From positions 36,828,001-36,892,000 of the forward strand of contig NC_043008.1 of assembly GCF_006345805.1 (NCBI RefSeq): a stretch of DNA of 64,000 bases, in the 5' to 3' direction. The notes under the pieces were generated by a model. The model saw only the letters and a list, made by a program, of their open reading frames with translations. It was not told the DNA's origin and made no database searches. Shown in pieces: positions 14,510-28,384 of this stretch. How positions within the stretch are numbered: position 1 is the first letter of the stretch; each line of letters opens with the position of its first letter. This DNA comes from Octopus sinensis. Its lineage: Eukaryota. The position numbers were made by a program, and so were the translations under genes.

Positions 14510-15261
14510 CGAAATAGGAGACGTAGTAGCTTACCTAAGAAAGCAGTAACTCTAGATAGAAACTGATCATGATTAAAAGGGACTGTTTAATTCTGAAAGA
14601 CAACTTCACTAGCATCAGGAAATGGTGTCCATGCTATAAAGTTACTGATGACAGAAAGAGCATTTGGCTATAAAAACCATATGGTTGGGGAAAGTGAAAC
14701 AAGGATAGAGAAATGCAAAGATATATGCCATGAGTGTGAGTGAGTATTACATGCTAAAGTATGAAGGGAAGTGGTGAGATATTGCCATCTAACTCATGAC
14801 AGCATAGATGTAAACCAATGATGATGATGCTGATGATGGTGGTGGTCGTGGTGGTGGTGGTGGTGGTGGTGCTTGTGGTGGCGGTGGTGGTGGTGGGGAT
14901 GATGATGATGATGATGATCAACAACAACATTCAGATACATTTATACATGCATTACAAACATACATACACACACACACAAACATATATTTCTATATACATA
15001 TAAATGTATGTATGTACTCTGACACACACACTGCATACTTGCATAAATACATATGTAATCCACGTTAACATTTGCTATATTCACATGGGTGTAATATGAG
15101 TATATACTGATAAACATACATACCTAAAGAAACATATATTTGCATATGTACATATTTATTTGCTTGCTTAATACATATGTAATCTGTAGAAATATTGGAT
15201 GCATTTATGTGTATAACATACATATTAAAATATACGTATACATACACATATATATAACTGC

Positions 15262-15339
<78 letters not shown>

Positions 15340-16200
15340 AAAGACACACACACATATATATATTTATGTATACACACACACATATATATATATAGATAGA
15401 TAGATAGATATGTACATACATGATGATGATAGGATTTTGCTTTGGTACAGCTATGTTAACATACATGTATATGGATGGATTGTGGGATACGTGTATCTTA
15501 GAGTATACAGAAACATATACTTCTATAACTACATACATATCTGCATGCCAAATTCCAGCTAACATCAGATAAAAAGGCATTTAAGGATAGAAACATTTGA
15601 TTTATATAAGGATGCCTTTCCTTCCTTAAACCACTCCAAGATAATAAAAAGGGAACATGGGCAGGTGTTTATCATATTGCCAAGAATAACACACACATGC
15701 ATGCAAAAGCATGCTCGTGCAAACACACATGTATGCACTTGGACACTTATATGTATTTGTGTGTGTGTGTGTCCATGTGTCCAGTGATACTGATTGATTC
15801 AAGATAACCTTGTCAAATAATTTCTGTGTGATACAATCAAAGAAACAGGTATCCATTGAAAGCTATATTCATCATAGACTACTGGTTTCTCTTTTGTTTT
15901 CATGTGTGTGTGTTGTTAATTTAATTATCGATCTTATCTAGTCAGAAATCCGGGATCTGGAATTATCCAGTAATTTTTTGCTAGTTCATCTTGTCCTTTT
16001 TGTCTTCTCTTCTGGTGCTGTATGAACATTTAATGTGGGTTTAGAGTCAAGTTTTGGCTGCTATTTCCAGTGTGGAGGTATCTCTTAGATACCCTAAATT
16101 ATATATATGTTTGTATGTATATATATATATATATGTATGTATATATGTATGTATGTATATATATGTATATATATATATATATATATACATATATATAAAG

Positions 16201-16681
16201 TTAATCCAAACATGAAAACACAACAACGCGAGGACGTGGAACAAATATAGTATTATTGGACACTCAGGTAGGTAGGGAAGAAGGAGGGTTTAACATTTCG
16301 AGCGGAGCTCTTCGTCAGAAACATAGGAGAAGGAAAGATCCAGAGAAGGGAAGACAGAGGAAAGAAAATCGCCAATGGTACACACGCGGTCACATTTTGA
16401 ATCTTTTTAATAGGGGGTGGCATGGAACTTCAAGAGGAAGCCACGGGGTGTGACATGATGGTGGAGGCAACGGCTAAGGAAGGAGAGGTGGCTAGAATGG
16501 TGAGTTTTTTTCCTCTGTCTTCCCTTCTCTGGATCTTTCCTTCTCCTATGTTTCCGACGAAGAGCTCCGCTCGAAACGTTAAACCCTCCTTCTTCCCTTT
16601 CTTCCTGAGCGTCCAATAATACTATATTTGTTTCATGTCCTCACGTTGTTGTATTTTCTCTTTGTGTTTTCATGTTTGGAT
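16201..16681. mobile_element. Fold-back Penelope-like terminal-repeat fragment, family A, with two HHR motifs
   Basis: Arms ~16201-16375 and ~16498-16681 are reverse complements. HHR motifs at 16288-16322 (-) and 16550-16584 (+) give consensus guuu-CUGACGA-a-gagc(ucc)gcuc-GAAA-c-GUU-aaac. Confidence 0.78.
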
Positions 16682-19600
16682 AGAGTATAGAGTTCACTTT
16701 GTAATGATATAATGTCAAGTTCTGTTTTACTGCATGCCACCTTGGTAAGCATACTGTACTATCTGCTTTCAGCGAACCACGATCAGAATTGCTAGATGAG
16801 GGTGTGTAGAAACTAGCTATATATTTGCTCTTTTCCTCGCATGACCATCTTTCTTATCCTGTACAGACATTCAAAAGTGCGGGCTTGTTTTTATCTCTCT
16901 CTTCTATCTTTTTTCTTTTCTTTTCAAAAACTTTTTCTCCCAGTGTTCACTATTTTCCTTATATTCTGGTCTAACGACCCTCCATTTGTGTTTTCATTTC
17001 GTTTCCTTGTATGTCTCCACTGACATGTTTTTGTTCCCAACTCTGACCCTCCATAAATCCAAAATTTTATTTTAGAATTTATGGGAGCAACTGTCTTTGA
17101 AGACTCATATTGTCATTGAATGCTTGAAATGAGGAGAAGATAGACAAGCGATAACTGATGAAGGGTCCTTTGTCTATGTTTACTTGTCCTGCTTTTCATT
17201 TTTTCTCATTGTTTACGTATTTAACTGATTTGTTTAACTATTTCATGTTATTTAGACTATTGGTGATGTCCTATACTCATATATGCATATATATATATAG
17301 AGACACACACACACATATATATATATATATCAATGTGTGTGTGTCAGTTTGTTTCATTAACGTACATACTATAAAGATACAAGCTATTAATAGTTTCTTG
17401 TATTTGAAACACTGATCTAGGCAGGTTTTTATAACATGCCCTGTGTCTCCAAGCAGTCTTCAGAATCATCACTCACTACTACAGTGCTCCTGAAATTACA
17501 GAGACATGTCACTATAACTGATATGGATATCACTAGGTACCCTAGGATAACTTTAGTTTGGTGACAAAAATTTTGTTTTAGTAAAAAAAAATATATACCA
17601 ATTTCATTCATTATCAGTATTGAATTAAACAGCAACATAGGGATATGTAATTTTGCTGGCCTGTCTGCCCTAGAGATACTCAAAACTAAATCCAGAACTA
17701 AAGAGATAGGTATACACAGAGATGATAGGTTGGCTGTATCACAGAAAACCAGTGTTCACTCACTAGATAGATGTATAAAAGTATAAATCAATACTTTCAG
17801 TAATTTTGACCATTTTTAACAGCATCCATATACTTATCGTCATCATCGTTTTATTGTCCACATTTCCATGCTAGCATAGGTGGGTGGAGTTTATAGAGGT
17901 AGGTTTTCTGTGGCTGGGTACCTTTCCTGCTACCAACTCTCACCTGTTTCTAAACAAGATTATATTGGAAATGCATATCACTCATTTACAACAACCATGC
18001 AATGTTAAGACAAGGAGACAAAAATATACATGCACTGATACACACATACATATACATGCCTAACACACACAAATATGTGTGTGTATGTACATGACAGGTT
18101 TCTTTCAATTTCCTATTGCTAAATCTCACAAGGCTTTGGTTGGCTCAGGGTTATTGTAGAAGTCACTTACACTATGTGGTATGCAGCGGGATTGATCTTG
18201 AAGACTTTTGGTTGGGAAGCAGACTTCACCACACTTGCCTATGGTTAATAGTATAAAATCATTTAAAACTGATATACAGAATTTCATCAGAAACTTGATG
18301 ATAGAACAGTTTAAATTTTCGTGTTTAATCTAATCAGTGACACTTAGTAAACCAAATGGAAAGGTCATGTTTATTAATGTAGATTCTAACTGCCTACACA
18401 ATGTTCAAAAGCCTAGTCTGTGATTGATCATTGAATAGCTGATTTCTACTACAATAACACAGTGACAGCTAGCAGACATTACAATGAGAATAAATATATA
18501 TAGCTTAGTCCAATCACCTAAAACAGTAGCAAGATGTTGGAATATCATCTGGTTCAATCCCCCTTTTCTCATCAGATGTTAAATCTAATTTAACTGAAAA
18601 TTTCTTAGCCTTGTATTTTTGAATATTACTTCACATTTCTGCAACATTTTATTTTAAATGAACCATTCTTTACCACTACATTTATTGTATATTATTACAT
18701 ATAAAATTCTTGATGCCATCAAACACAAAATATATGTAAAAGAATACGGTGGTATTTTATGCAAAATACATTTGTTTTTATTGTATTTAGTAACCTCCTG
18801 CATTATTATGTATAAAATAATTCACTATTGTTATATATCAAATATTTCTGTTGGTTGGATAGTAAACAGTCATGTATCAGAATTTATAATAACAATTCTT
18901 GTTATGTGTTGAAAACAACACATCACTACCTATACAATACATATATTTCTGCATCTTAATTTATGACAATATTTTCATGTTATTGTAAAAACAAAACAAA
19001 ATGTATCCATTACATAACAAACATCTCTGCAACAAGAAATAACAAAACAATCATATATTATTAACCCATTATCAAGATTTGTTTTTACATTAACAGAACC
19101 AGCAATATTTTCACCATTATTTATAGACCTCTTCTACCATGTAAACAGAACAAAAATTCTATACTTTTACCATACTGAGTTGTTTCTTTATCATTATATC
19201 AAGGTGAAGGTATTATAACATTACATACACAGCACTTCTCCATCAGTACATAACGAAACAATTCTATATCGTAACATAGTGAGCAATTTTGCATCATCGT
19301 ATATCAAACAGTTTTTCATAGAAAATTCAGTTCTTTAAGGAGTATACTATTTTTTGTATTTTTTTTATTTTATATGTTTTTTTTTGTTTTTTGTTCTTTC
19401 TTTCTTTTATATTTTTGTTGGCAAGATATATGCAGGAAGGAAGGGAGGAAATTATATTTGCTGTTGTAAGTGTGTGTGTGTGTATGTGTTTTCTGATTCT
19501 GATTATTGTTAAGTGCCTACCTATATTAACAGCAATTCAATTATGACTTTCCTCACTTCGGTAATTGCTTGAGTGGCAAGTTGTGTTTTCACATTTTCTA

Positions 19601-19856
19601 GCTTACACTGTGTGGCTGTGTAGGTGTGTCTGCATATGTATGTGTAGGTGTAGGTGTGTGTGTGCGTGCATGTTTGCTTGTATGTGCATGTGTGTGTGTG
19701 TGTGTGATGCTTTGTTGATATGATGTATATGCGTTTGTGTATACCTCGCTGATTAGAAAAGTATGTTTTCCCATTTTATTTTGAACACTGTATGTGTATG
19801 TATCTTTGAAAGTGTTTGTGCATCTATGTATATATATATATGTGTGTGTATAGGCA

Positions 19857-19891
<35 letters not shown>

Positions 19892-20405
19892 ATGTATGTA
19901 TGTATGTATGTATATATGAATATATAAGTTTGCGCGCGTGTGTGTATGTGTGTGTATTTGTGTGTGAGCATGTGTGAATGTGTGTGTCTCTTCTGTATGT
20001 ATTTATGACTGTATTCATCATGTTGTTGTTTTAGCATACACATTCATATATATATATATATATATATATACTAAAACAACATGATGCATGCAGTCATACA
20101 TACATACATACATACATACAGATATATATATGTATGTATATATATATATATATACATGTACACACACACATATATATAATTGTATAGATATATATAATTG
20201 TATATATATATATATAATTGTATTTATATATATATGTGTGTGTGTGTGTATGTGTGTATGTGTATCTCTTTCTATGTGCACACTTTTATGCAAATTTGTT
20301 ATGCATGGACACTTGCATTCAAAAGCACAAACACTGCTACTTGTATTTTGTAAACTGTATTCCATTTTTAAAACCACTCCTCCCCTTCAGCCCTCCTATC
20401 TTGTT

Positions 20406-20453
<48 letters not shown>

Positions 20454-21879
20454 TCCCTCTCTCTCTCTCTCCACTGTTCTTTTCTTACTGTCTTTTTGCA
20501 TTCACTTCAGCTAAGCAAGCTTACTACTGCTGGTCAGTCTTTAAGACCTGAAAAGAAAACACTTGGGTGCAGAGATGAATATTTAGAAGACCTGTCTTCT
20601 AATTACCACCTTTAATCCATCATTAATTAAAGAAAATAAAATTAATTAATTAAAAGAAAATCAACAGCTGCCAAGTGATAATCACCAAATTTATTATTAT
20701 TGTTGGTGTTGCTACTGCAGTTCTTTTTACTTGATTTAGTCATTGGACTGCAGCCATGCTGGGGAACTACCTTGAAGGGTTTAATTGAGTATAGTGACTC
20801 CAGTTCTTATTTTTTAAAGCTGGGTACTTATTTTTGGTCTTTTTTGCTGAACTGCTAAGTTATGATGACATAAAGAAACCAATACTGGGGTACAATATAT
20901 ACCCTGGTTTTTCTATATTTGATGTGGCATTGGATTTGTGGTTATCCTCCCCTTTCTCCTCCTCCTCCTCCTCCTTATCATCATCAACATCATCATCATC
21001 ATCATCACATCATCATCATCATCATCACATCATCATCATCAAGTGGTTAAAACTGAGATGCGTTTTACCATGTCACACCTAGAATCTCTGTCCCCTCTTT
21101 GATCAGGTAAGTTTTCAATTTCATGTATTTTCTCGACCAATAACATCAACATAGTTATGGTGGGGTGGGATGGGGGTGGGTCCCTGAACTATAACATCTG
21201 AGAAGGCTTGGTATTCAGCACTCTAGTATTGGCCAGCAAAAGCTATCCTACATTGAACAATAATATCTAAAATGAACCGAATGTGTCATTAAATTTTCTC
21301 CCATTTTTTTTTTTTGTGCTCTTGCCATGAGATGGTTTGAGTATCATCATGGCAATCTTGAAGCTCCTTCTTTAAAATCCAGGTTTTAGGTTCCATAGAA
21401 TAGAACCTGGAACATTCTTCTGTGTGGAGATTATACACAGGGCTCATATGACTGTTCAAGGAGTGGTTCTCAGTGGATCAAATCTGATCTGGTGTAATTC
21501 ATATGTTAGTGATTACTTTATCATTCCCTTGCCTAATGTATCCCAGACCAGAATTTTGTGGCAGGTTAGCACTGGTTGCAGTCTCACTGGTCAGTGTTTG
21601 GAGCAGTCTGTTACTAAATATATGCACTAATTTTGGAAATTCCTTGTCATTACTTTTGGGAGTGAAGGGTTTGGCCAGATGAAGCAGCAAATGATAGTGC
21701 AAGGTTTGCTCATTTGACGGGGTTGTTGGTTGTGGTCCTGCTTTCTTTAGATGTGGCAGGTAACACTGGTGAGTTGTGGTGAGGTGTTGGTGTGTTCTGG
21801 TGTGCTGTGGTGATGGTTTGTTGGTGCAGGTAGACGTACAGTGAATATGGATGAGTGGGGGTGTTTACAAGGACTGGGA

Positions 21880-22135
21880 GATTGAGACAGGGGCTGTCCT
21901 TATGGTTGATATTTGATAACTACAGGAAAAACATGCAGAGTGAGGGAGTTCCAGAGATGGATGGTGTTTCTGGGGGAGGAAGAACCAATTGATAGTATTT
22001 AATGAAGGGATTAGTGAGGTTGGCTATATACATAACGAGAATGGGAGAGATCATTGAGTCAGGCAGGCTTGAGTAGGAGTAGCACGTGACCAACCAATTC
22101 TGAGGAGCAATAGCCATTACAGTAGCAGAAGAAAA
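21880..22135 (-). mobile_element. Old CR1/L2/Jockey-like LINE ORF2 C-terminal fragment
   Basis: Minus strand FCYCNGYCSSELVGHV..LKPA*..SSSPRNTIHLWNSL..VFP matches the Y.Y.NG.CS.EL....SFFPRT..LWNSLP..VFP pattern. Confidence 0.65.
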
Positions 22136-24202
22136 GTGAAAGTGAGGAAACAGTTTCTTTATGGGTCAAATGTTGAAGGATGTTGATAAAAGACTTGAAC
22201 TCACAGACCAAGAATAATTTATCTGTTACTTTATCTATTCTGCTATTTCATTTCTAATTCAACTGCCTCCATCATGTTGGTATTAATGGGGTGGGGTGTC
22301 GTGGGGGAGGAAGCCACTCTTGATGCTTGCATTGAAAACTTTTAATCCCAATACAGACAATATGTTACGTCCCTAAGCAAAACACTTTGGTCTGTTTGCT
22401 TCCATTAAACGTTGCCGGAAATTGATAAATTGTTCAAATAAGGTGATAATTGTTTTTTTGATTTTTTTTTTGTTTTTGTTACTTTAGCTTAACCCTTTTA
22501 TGCACACAATGCAACTGGTTTATATACAGTATTCTGGCTACAGCAAATTACTTGAACATAATCTGCCGTCTTACATAGAATATACGCCATCCGTTTTATT
22601 TAACACATATGCAACTGAAGATACAACAAGATTAGTTATAAGCAGAAGTAGTGGTGATTGTGATGGTGGAGGTGGTGGTAGTAACTGTTATGCTGTAATG
22701 CCAATAGCAATGATCTTTAGAAAGATTATCTCACTGACAGTACAATTTACAGTTAAAATTGCTGGGCATATCTCTAGTTACGTTTATGATGTTGTCAGGA
22801 GTTGTGAATCTTTGAAAGGTTTAGCTTAACGACAGAATTTACAGTCACACCAGTTACATGCAGTAACCACAATACAGTGTTGTCAGCAGCTATTTAGACT
22901 GTGAAGATGTTTAACTCACGAACAATAAGCTTTATAATTAGCACAGCTATATATAGAAGCCATTACAGATGGCCATCAGAAGTTACCGACTGTAAAAGGA
23001 TTAACACAATGGCAATTTACAGTTAGGACTGCAAGGATGTTATGGTTAGAATTATTGTCTGCATTAGCTATTTCTTACGAAGAGTACATTTCAATCAACT
23101 GTAGTTTTGAAAAGATTAATGGTATGAAAACTTGAAGCTAATCACCTGTCGTATGAGGTATCTAAGCAGAGGGAAGGATTTAACATGTAGACTAGGGATA
23201 TCAATTGTCAATGTTTTATCACAGAATGTCAGAGTAAAATTGTAATTCATCACAAGAAAATGACATTCAGCATTCAATTGCAACTTCACTTCAATTTCTT
23301 TAAATGCTTCTGAACATAATAAGTTCAGAAGTTGTGACCCAATAATTCATTACCTGTAATAAATGTCTGTTAGATGCTATACTAAACCATTCAGAGATAA
23401 CGAATTTTTTATTTCTTAATTTTTTTTTTCTATTCAGCCAGTCTGAAAATGTGATAATTCATTAGTGGCAAGCCATCTGTTATTGACATCAATCACTCAT
23501 TCTTGTAATCACCCATCCTCTCTTACCATCCATCATTCAACCTCCCTCATACCAGCAAATATGTAGATTCGATTACAGTCTCTCTTCCATTACTCCCCCA
23601 AGCACTTTCATTCTTCCACCTCTCTACCCTCACATACTTACCATTTTGTTTCTCCATTCCTAGCCCCACTCCTTTCATCTATTCATTGTGGTCTGAGTCA
23701 TCGATCTCTCTTCTTCCTCCCACCTTGGTCATTTTGTTCTGAACAAACACAGACACTGCAGAGCCAAGGGAGCATTTTATTTTTACCCAAGTCCTTAGTA
23801 CTGATCTAGTGTTTACCATAATAAAATACTGTCAGCATACCCTGTAAAGTCTTTGGTATTCAGAAGAGCAACCAATTATAGAAACCACATAAACATTGGA
23901 AGATGTGGGTGGGATATGGTCCTCTGGCCCATAACTTTGAATAGGAACTGCCTTGGGGATGTGACAACCCATGCAGCACATGCTAGCATGCAAAGCAGAC
24001 ACAGGATGAGGATAGTGTTCAGGATAACCGTTCACATTAGTGTGAAACAGTTTTCCTTTGTCTCAGTCTCTGAGCTATACAATGGTAGTGCCCTATGATT
24101 TCCTTAAAATAATATGTGTGTGTGTGTGTACACTTAGTTTTATGTGTATGTGTATATATATATACATATATGTGTGTGTGTGTGTGTGTGTGTATATATA
24201 CA

Positions 24203-24333
24203 CAGGGTGTCCCAAAAAAATGTATACACATACTGGTTCGGCAAAAGAGAACGATAGAATAAGTACTAGGCTTACAAAGAATAACAAATTTACAATTATT
24301 TAAGGTGTGTATACATTTTTTTGGGACACCCTG
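24203..24333. mobile_element. Tc1/mariner-type MITE with perfect 28-bp TIRs
   Basis: cagggtgtcccaaaaaaatgtatacaca (24203-24230) and its exact reverse complement (24306-24333), with TA-rich flanks. Confidence 0.85.
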
Positions 24334-24366
24334 TATATACATATACACATAAAACTAAGTGTACAT

Positions 24367-24398
<32 letters not shown>

Positions 24399-24403
24399 GT
24401 ATG

Positions 24404-24467
<64 letters not shown>

Positions 24468-24539
24468 CAATTGTTCGTTTGTCTTCCACCTGCCTTCGTC
24501 TTTTGTTTATTTTCATAAAGCTTCCCGTTATATATATAT

Positions 24540-24865
24540 ATTGGGTCATCCCATAAATCATGCGTTTTTTTTCATACTTCTTTTATTTTTCAAAATTAAG
24601 ATAAACAAAGATATTTTTTAACCTAAAATATACTCTCATTCATTTTCTACAATGTTCTTCCACCTATCTGGTAGACTTGCAAGGCTCCTCTTCCAAAATT
24701 CACTTGTCTATGATGAAAAACACTTCTTCGCTACTGTTCTGACCTTGTCTACAGAATTCATACTTATTTCATCCAAATGATTTTGAAGAATGCGGAATAA
24801 ATGATAATGAGGTGGGGCATCGTTTCACATTCAAACTGCTCCAGCCTTTGGAATGTTATTCTTGC
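24540..24865 (-). mobile_element. Mariner 3' fragment (transposase C-terminus + TIR)
   Basis: Minus strand ..VRTVAKKCFSS*TSEFWKRSLASLPDRWKNIVENE resembles a mariner C-terminus; TIR-like ttgggtcatcccataaat next to (TA)n. Confidence 0.7.
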
Positions 24866-24994
24866 TGCATGTGGCCTGGTACTTATTCTATTGGTCTCTT
24901 TTGGGGATGTAAACACACCAACACCAGTTCTCAAGTGGTGATGGGGGACAAATACAGGTACTAAGACATGCATTAACACACACACACGTATATA

Positions 24995-25158
24995 TCATCA
25001 TCATCATCATCATCATCGTTTAACGTCCGCTTTCCATGCTAGCATGGGTTGGACGGTTCAACTGGGGTCTGGCAAGCCCGAAGGCTGCACCAGGCCAGTC
25101 AGATCTGGCAGTGTTTCTACAGCTGGATGCCCTTCCTAACGCCAACCACTCCGAGAGT

Positions 25159-25160
<2 letters not shown>
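24995..25160 (-). mobile_element. RTE 3' tail fragment (young)
   Basis: Near-identical to 42575-42740. Confidence 0.85.
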
Positions 25161-25205
<45 letters not shown>

Positions 25206-25269
25206 TATAATATATATATTATATATATATATATGTATGTATATATATATTTATGGATATATATATGTA

Positions 25270-25517
25270 TAGATGGGCTGGACACGTCGCCCGGGTCATC
25301 GATAATCATTGGATGAACGCAGCTGACGAGTGGTACCCGCGTGGGCGGAAAAGACCACCCGGAAGACCTCCACGACGGTGGAGTTACGATTTCAGGAGGA
25401 CGATTGGGATCACGTGGATGAGAAAGGCGCGATCCAGAGAAGAGTGGACAGCGTGCTGTGACCAGCGGTGTCAAATGGACGCCTGACGGACTGGTCGGTC
25501 AAGGTGAAGGTGATATA
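25270..25517 (+). mobile_element. 3' fragment of a second, GC-rich RTE-1-like LINE
   Basis: RWAGHVARVIDNHWMNAADEWYPRGRKRPPGRPPRRWSYDF..W...ARSREEW* is a typical RTE C-terminus. It is open and CpG-rich, ends in ggtcaaggtgaaggtga and lies between (TA)n tracts. Confidence 0.85.
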
Positions 25518-25534
25518 TATATATATATACTGCG

Positions 25535-25680
25535 GTTTCTGTTTACGAAATTCACTCACAAGGCTTTGGTCAGCCCAAGGCTATTAATAGAATACACTTG
25601 TCCAAGGTGTCACACAGTGGGACTGAATCTGGAACCATGTGGTTGGGAAGCAAGCTTCTTACCACACACCCACTCCTGCA
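25535..25680 (-). mobile_element. SINE family S2, 5' half
   Basis: aaattcactcacaaggctttggtc...gggactgaatctggaaccatgtggttgggaagcaagc. Confidence 0.75.
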
Positions 25681-25930
25681 CCTTACATATAAATATTATA
25701 AATTTATATGTTAGGTGTATGTATGCATATACATACATGCATTTATATATATATATACACACACACACACGCATGCATGTACATAAACGCACACACACAT
25801 GCACATACACACTCACACACATTGAGAGGTGTAAAAGTCTGCTGTCTGTCATTAATTTGCCTTGTTAACTTTTCCCTGAAAACAGGGAATTTATTCTGTC
25901 TTGGGAGTCTGTTTGGTCACGTGTATGTGT

Positions 25931-25972
<42 letters not shown>

Positions 25973-27244
25973 TGTGTAACATACATTAGCTCCACAGAAT
26001 GTTGGTATGTTCTCAAAGAACTGAGCTTGATGCAGTTTCAGTTCTCAGAGTACCTGTTTCACTTATGCTGCCAACCTACAAAATCTTGCTGGTCCCTATA
26101 TTGGTAAGAAATGGTTCCCAACTGGGTGACTTTCTCCTCATAGGCTGCATAAAGCCAAACACTTTTGTCATGTCCCTATAACCAATTCAAAATTAGGTGA
26201 TATTTTCTATAGTTTTCTTAACTTGTAGCAAATCATTGAAAATTAATGATGAAAAATGTAACAAAATATAATTTCCAAATACAGAATTAATTAATTAATT
26301 AATTAGTTAATTAATTATTAATTAATTCATTAACTAATTCTCTGGATGACTTACTGAGTAATGCCACTTACTCAGTTTTCTTCTAGCTCATATCAACAGC
26401 TAAAATTTATGAGATATCTGTGAATTGTACAAACCTCAATGAAAGATTTGCAAGGAATTGGCTACATTAGAGCCTAATGGAATGCCAAAAAAAAAAAAAA
26501 AAATCGATTAAATTCTGAAATATCATTTATCTAGCTTCATTATCTGTTGTCTTCTAAATGAGGTGTGGAGGTGGAGTTAAGCCCCTTAATTACTTTGTAT
26601 GAATACTAAATACATTTTTTTCTGTTGTATCTATTTGAGAAGAGATTAAGCTAAAGGTACGTGTATGTTGAAATGATATAAGAGTTAGAGAAATAAATCA
26701 AAGTGGCCAGAGGCATTTATTTGAATAACTTAGAGAAATGCCAGTAAGAGTGTTACAATAACATCCACTTGAGTAAGGGAGATAATCTCAAGATTTAATA
26801 ATTCTCCAAAACTAACCTGCCATTAGGAAAAGTGAAGGCTTATTATTTGGAGATGAGTGGACAGTTGTGGACACATGTTTCTGGCTCATTAGCCATCATC
26901 TGCACAGCAATTGTCTGACCACATCTCCAGTAACCGAAGACTCATACTTATCCAAGACACTTACATTGTAACATACATCCATGACACATTCACTATTGTT
27001 TTGTTATTTTCACTATTATTATTCTTTTTTCTTTAAGTTTCTTCTCATGGATTCAGCCATTGGTCTGTGGTCATACTGGAGCAGAAACTTTAAAGGATTT
27101 TAGCTGATCACATTGAAAATAATCCTTATTTCAGTTTGGTACTTATTTTACCAATTCCTGTTTATCAAACAGCCATATTTTAAAAAATAGATTGCAACTT
27201 GTACCATTTTAAATAACACATAGGCATGTGCATATATATATATA

Positions 27245-27453
27245 TGCCAGTGCTACCTGACTGGCCCTTTGGCAGTGGCACATAAAAAGTACCCACTATA
27301 CTCTCAGAGTGGTTGGCATTAGGAAGGGCATCCAGCTGTTGAAACCTTGCCAAATCAGGTTGGAGCCTGGTACAGCATTCTGGCTTGACAGTCCTCAGTC
27401 AAACTGTCCAGCCCATGCTAGCATGGAAAGCAGACATTAAACAATGATGATGA

Positions 27454-27460
<7 letters not shown>
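27245..27460 (+). mobile_element. RTE 3' tail fragment
   Basis: Shared tail cccactatactctcagagtggttggcattaggaagggcatcc ending in (GAT)n/(TA)n. Confidence 0.8.
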
Positions 27461-27503
<43 letters not shown>

Positions 27504-27664
27504 GCTCGAAATGAAGAGTAGATAGACAAGCGACAACTGATGAAGGGTCATTCTCTGTGTTTACTTGTCCTGTTTTCCATTTTTTTTTCCTCATTGCTTG
27601 AATATTTAACTCGTTTGTTTTCATACTTCATGTTGTTTACATAGTTGGTGATGTCCTGTACCCA

Positions 27665-27701
<37 letters not shown>

Positions 27702-27900
27702 TATATTATTATTTAATTGAATGCCACACATCCATTTCCAAGTAAGTTTACATATACATATACATGCGTGTGTTTGTGGTGTGTGTGTCTACAAGCATAT
27801 ACATTCATATGTATGTATGTGTGTATGCATGTGTTTGTGTGTGTGTGTGTGTGTATATGTATGCCTTTGATGGGCTTCTGCACAGTTACCACTCATATCT

Positions 27901-27989
<89 letters not shown>

Positions 27990-28384
27990 TGTGGGTGTGT
28001 GTTAAAGAAGCTTAATTCCCAGCCATGTGGTTTTGGATTCAGTCTCACTGCATAGCACCATCTTGGGCAAAGCTTGGAACTAACCAGAGCCTTTCAGTAA
28101 GTTTGGTTGGTAGAAACTGAAAGAAACAATGAATCCTATTGTGTGTGTGTGTGTGTTCATGTGTGCATGTTTGTCTTGTATGTATGTGTATATATATAAT
28201 TTAGTATCATCTGGGTATTAAATAACCTTATAGTGTCCTTTCTAAAGCTCATCTTCATCTTAATCATCATCATCGTCATCATCATCATCATCATTATTTA
28301 ATGTCTGTTGTCCATGCTGGCATAGGTTGGATGGTTTGACCAGAGCTGGCAAGCTGGGGTGCTACACGAGACTCCTTTTTGGTA

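Noticed and set aside
22740-23100. Faint ~90-bp periodicity (aatttacagt) suggesting a C2H2 zinc-finger or CRISPR-like repeat
   Set aside because: Too degenerate; no C-x2-C/H-x3-H pattern in any frame and no conserved repeat-spacer structure.
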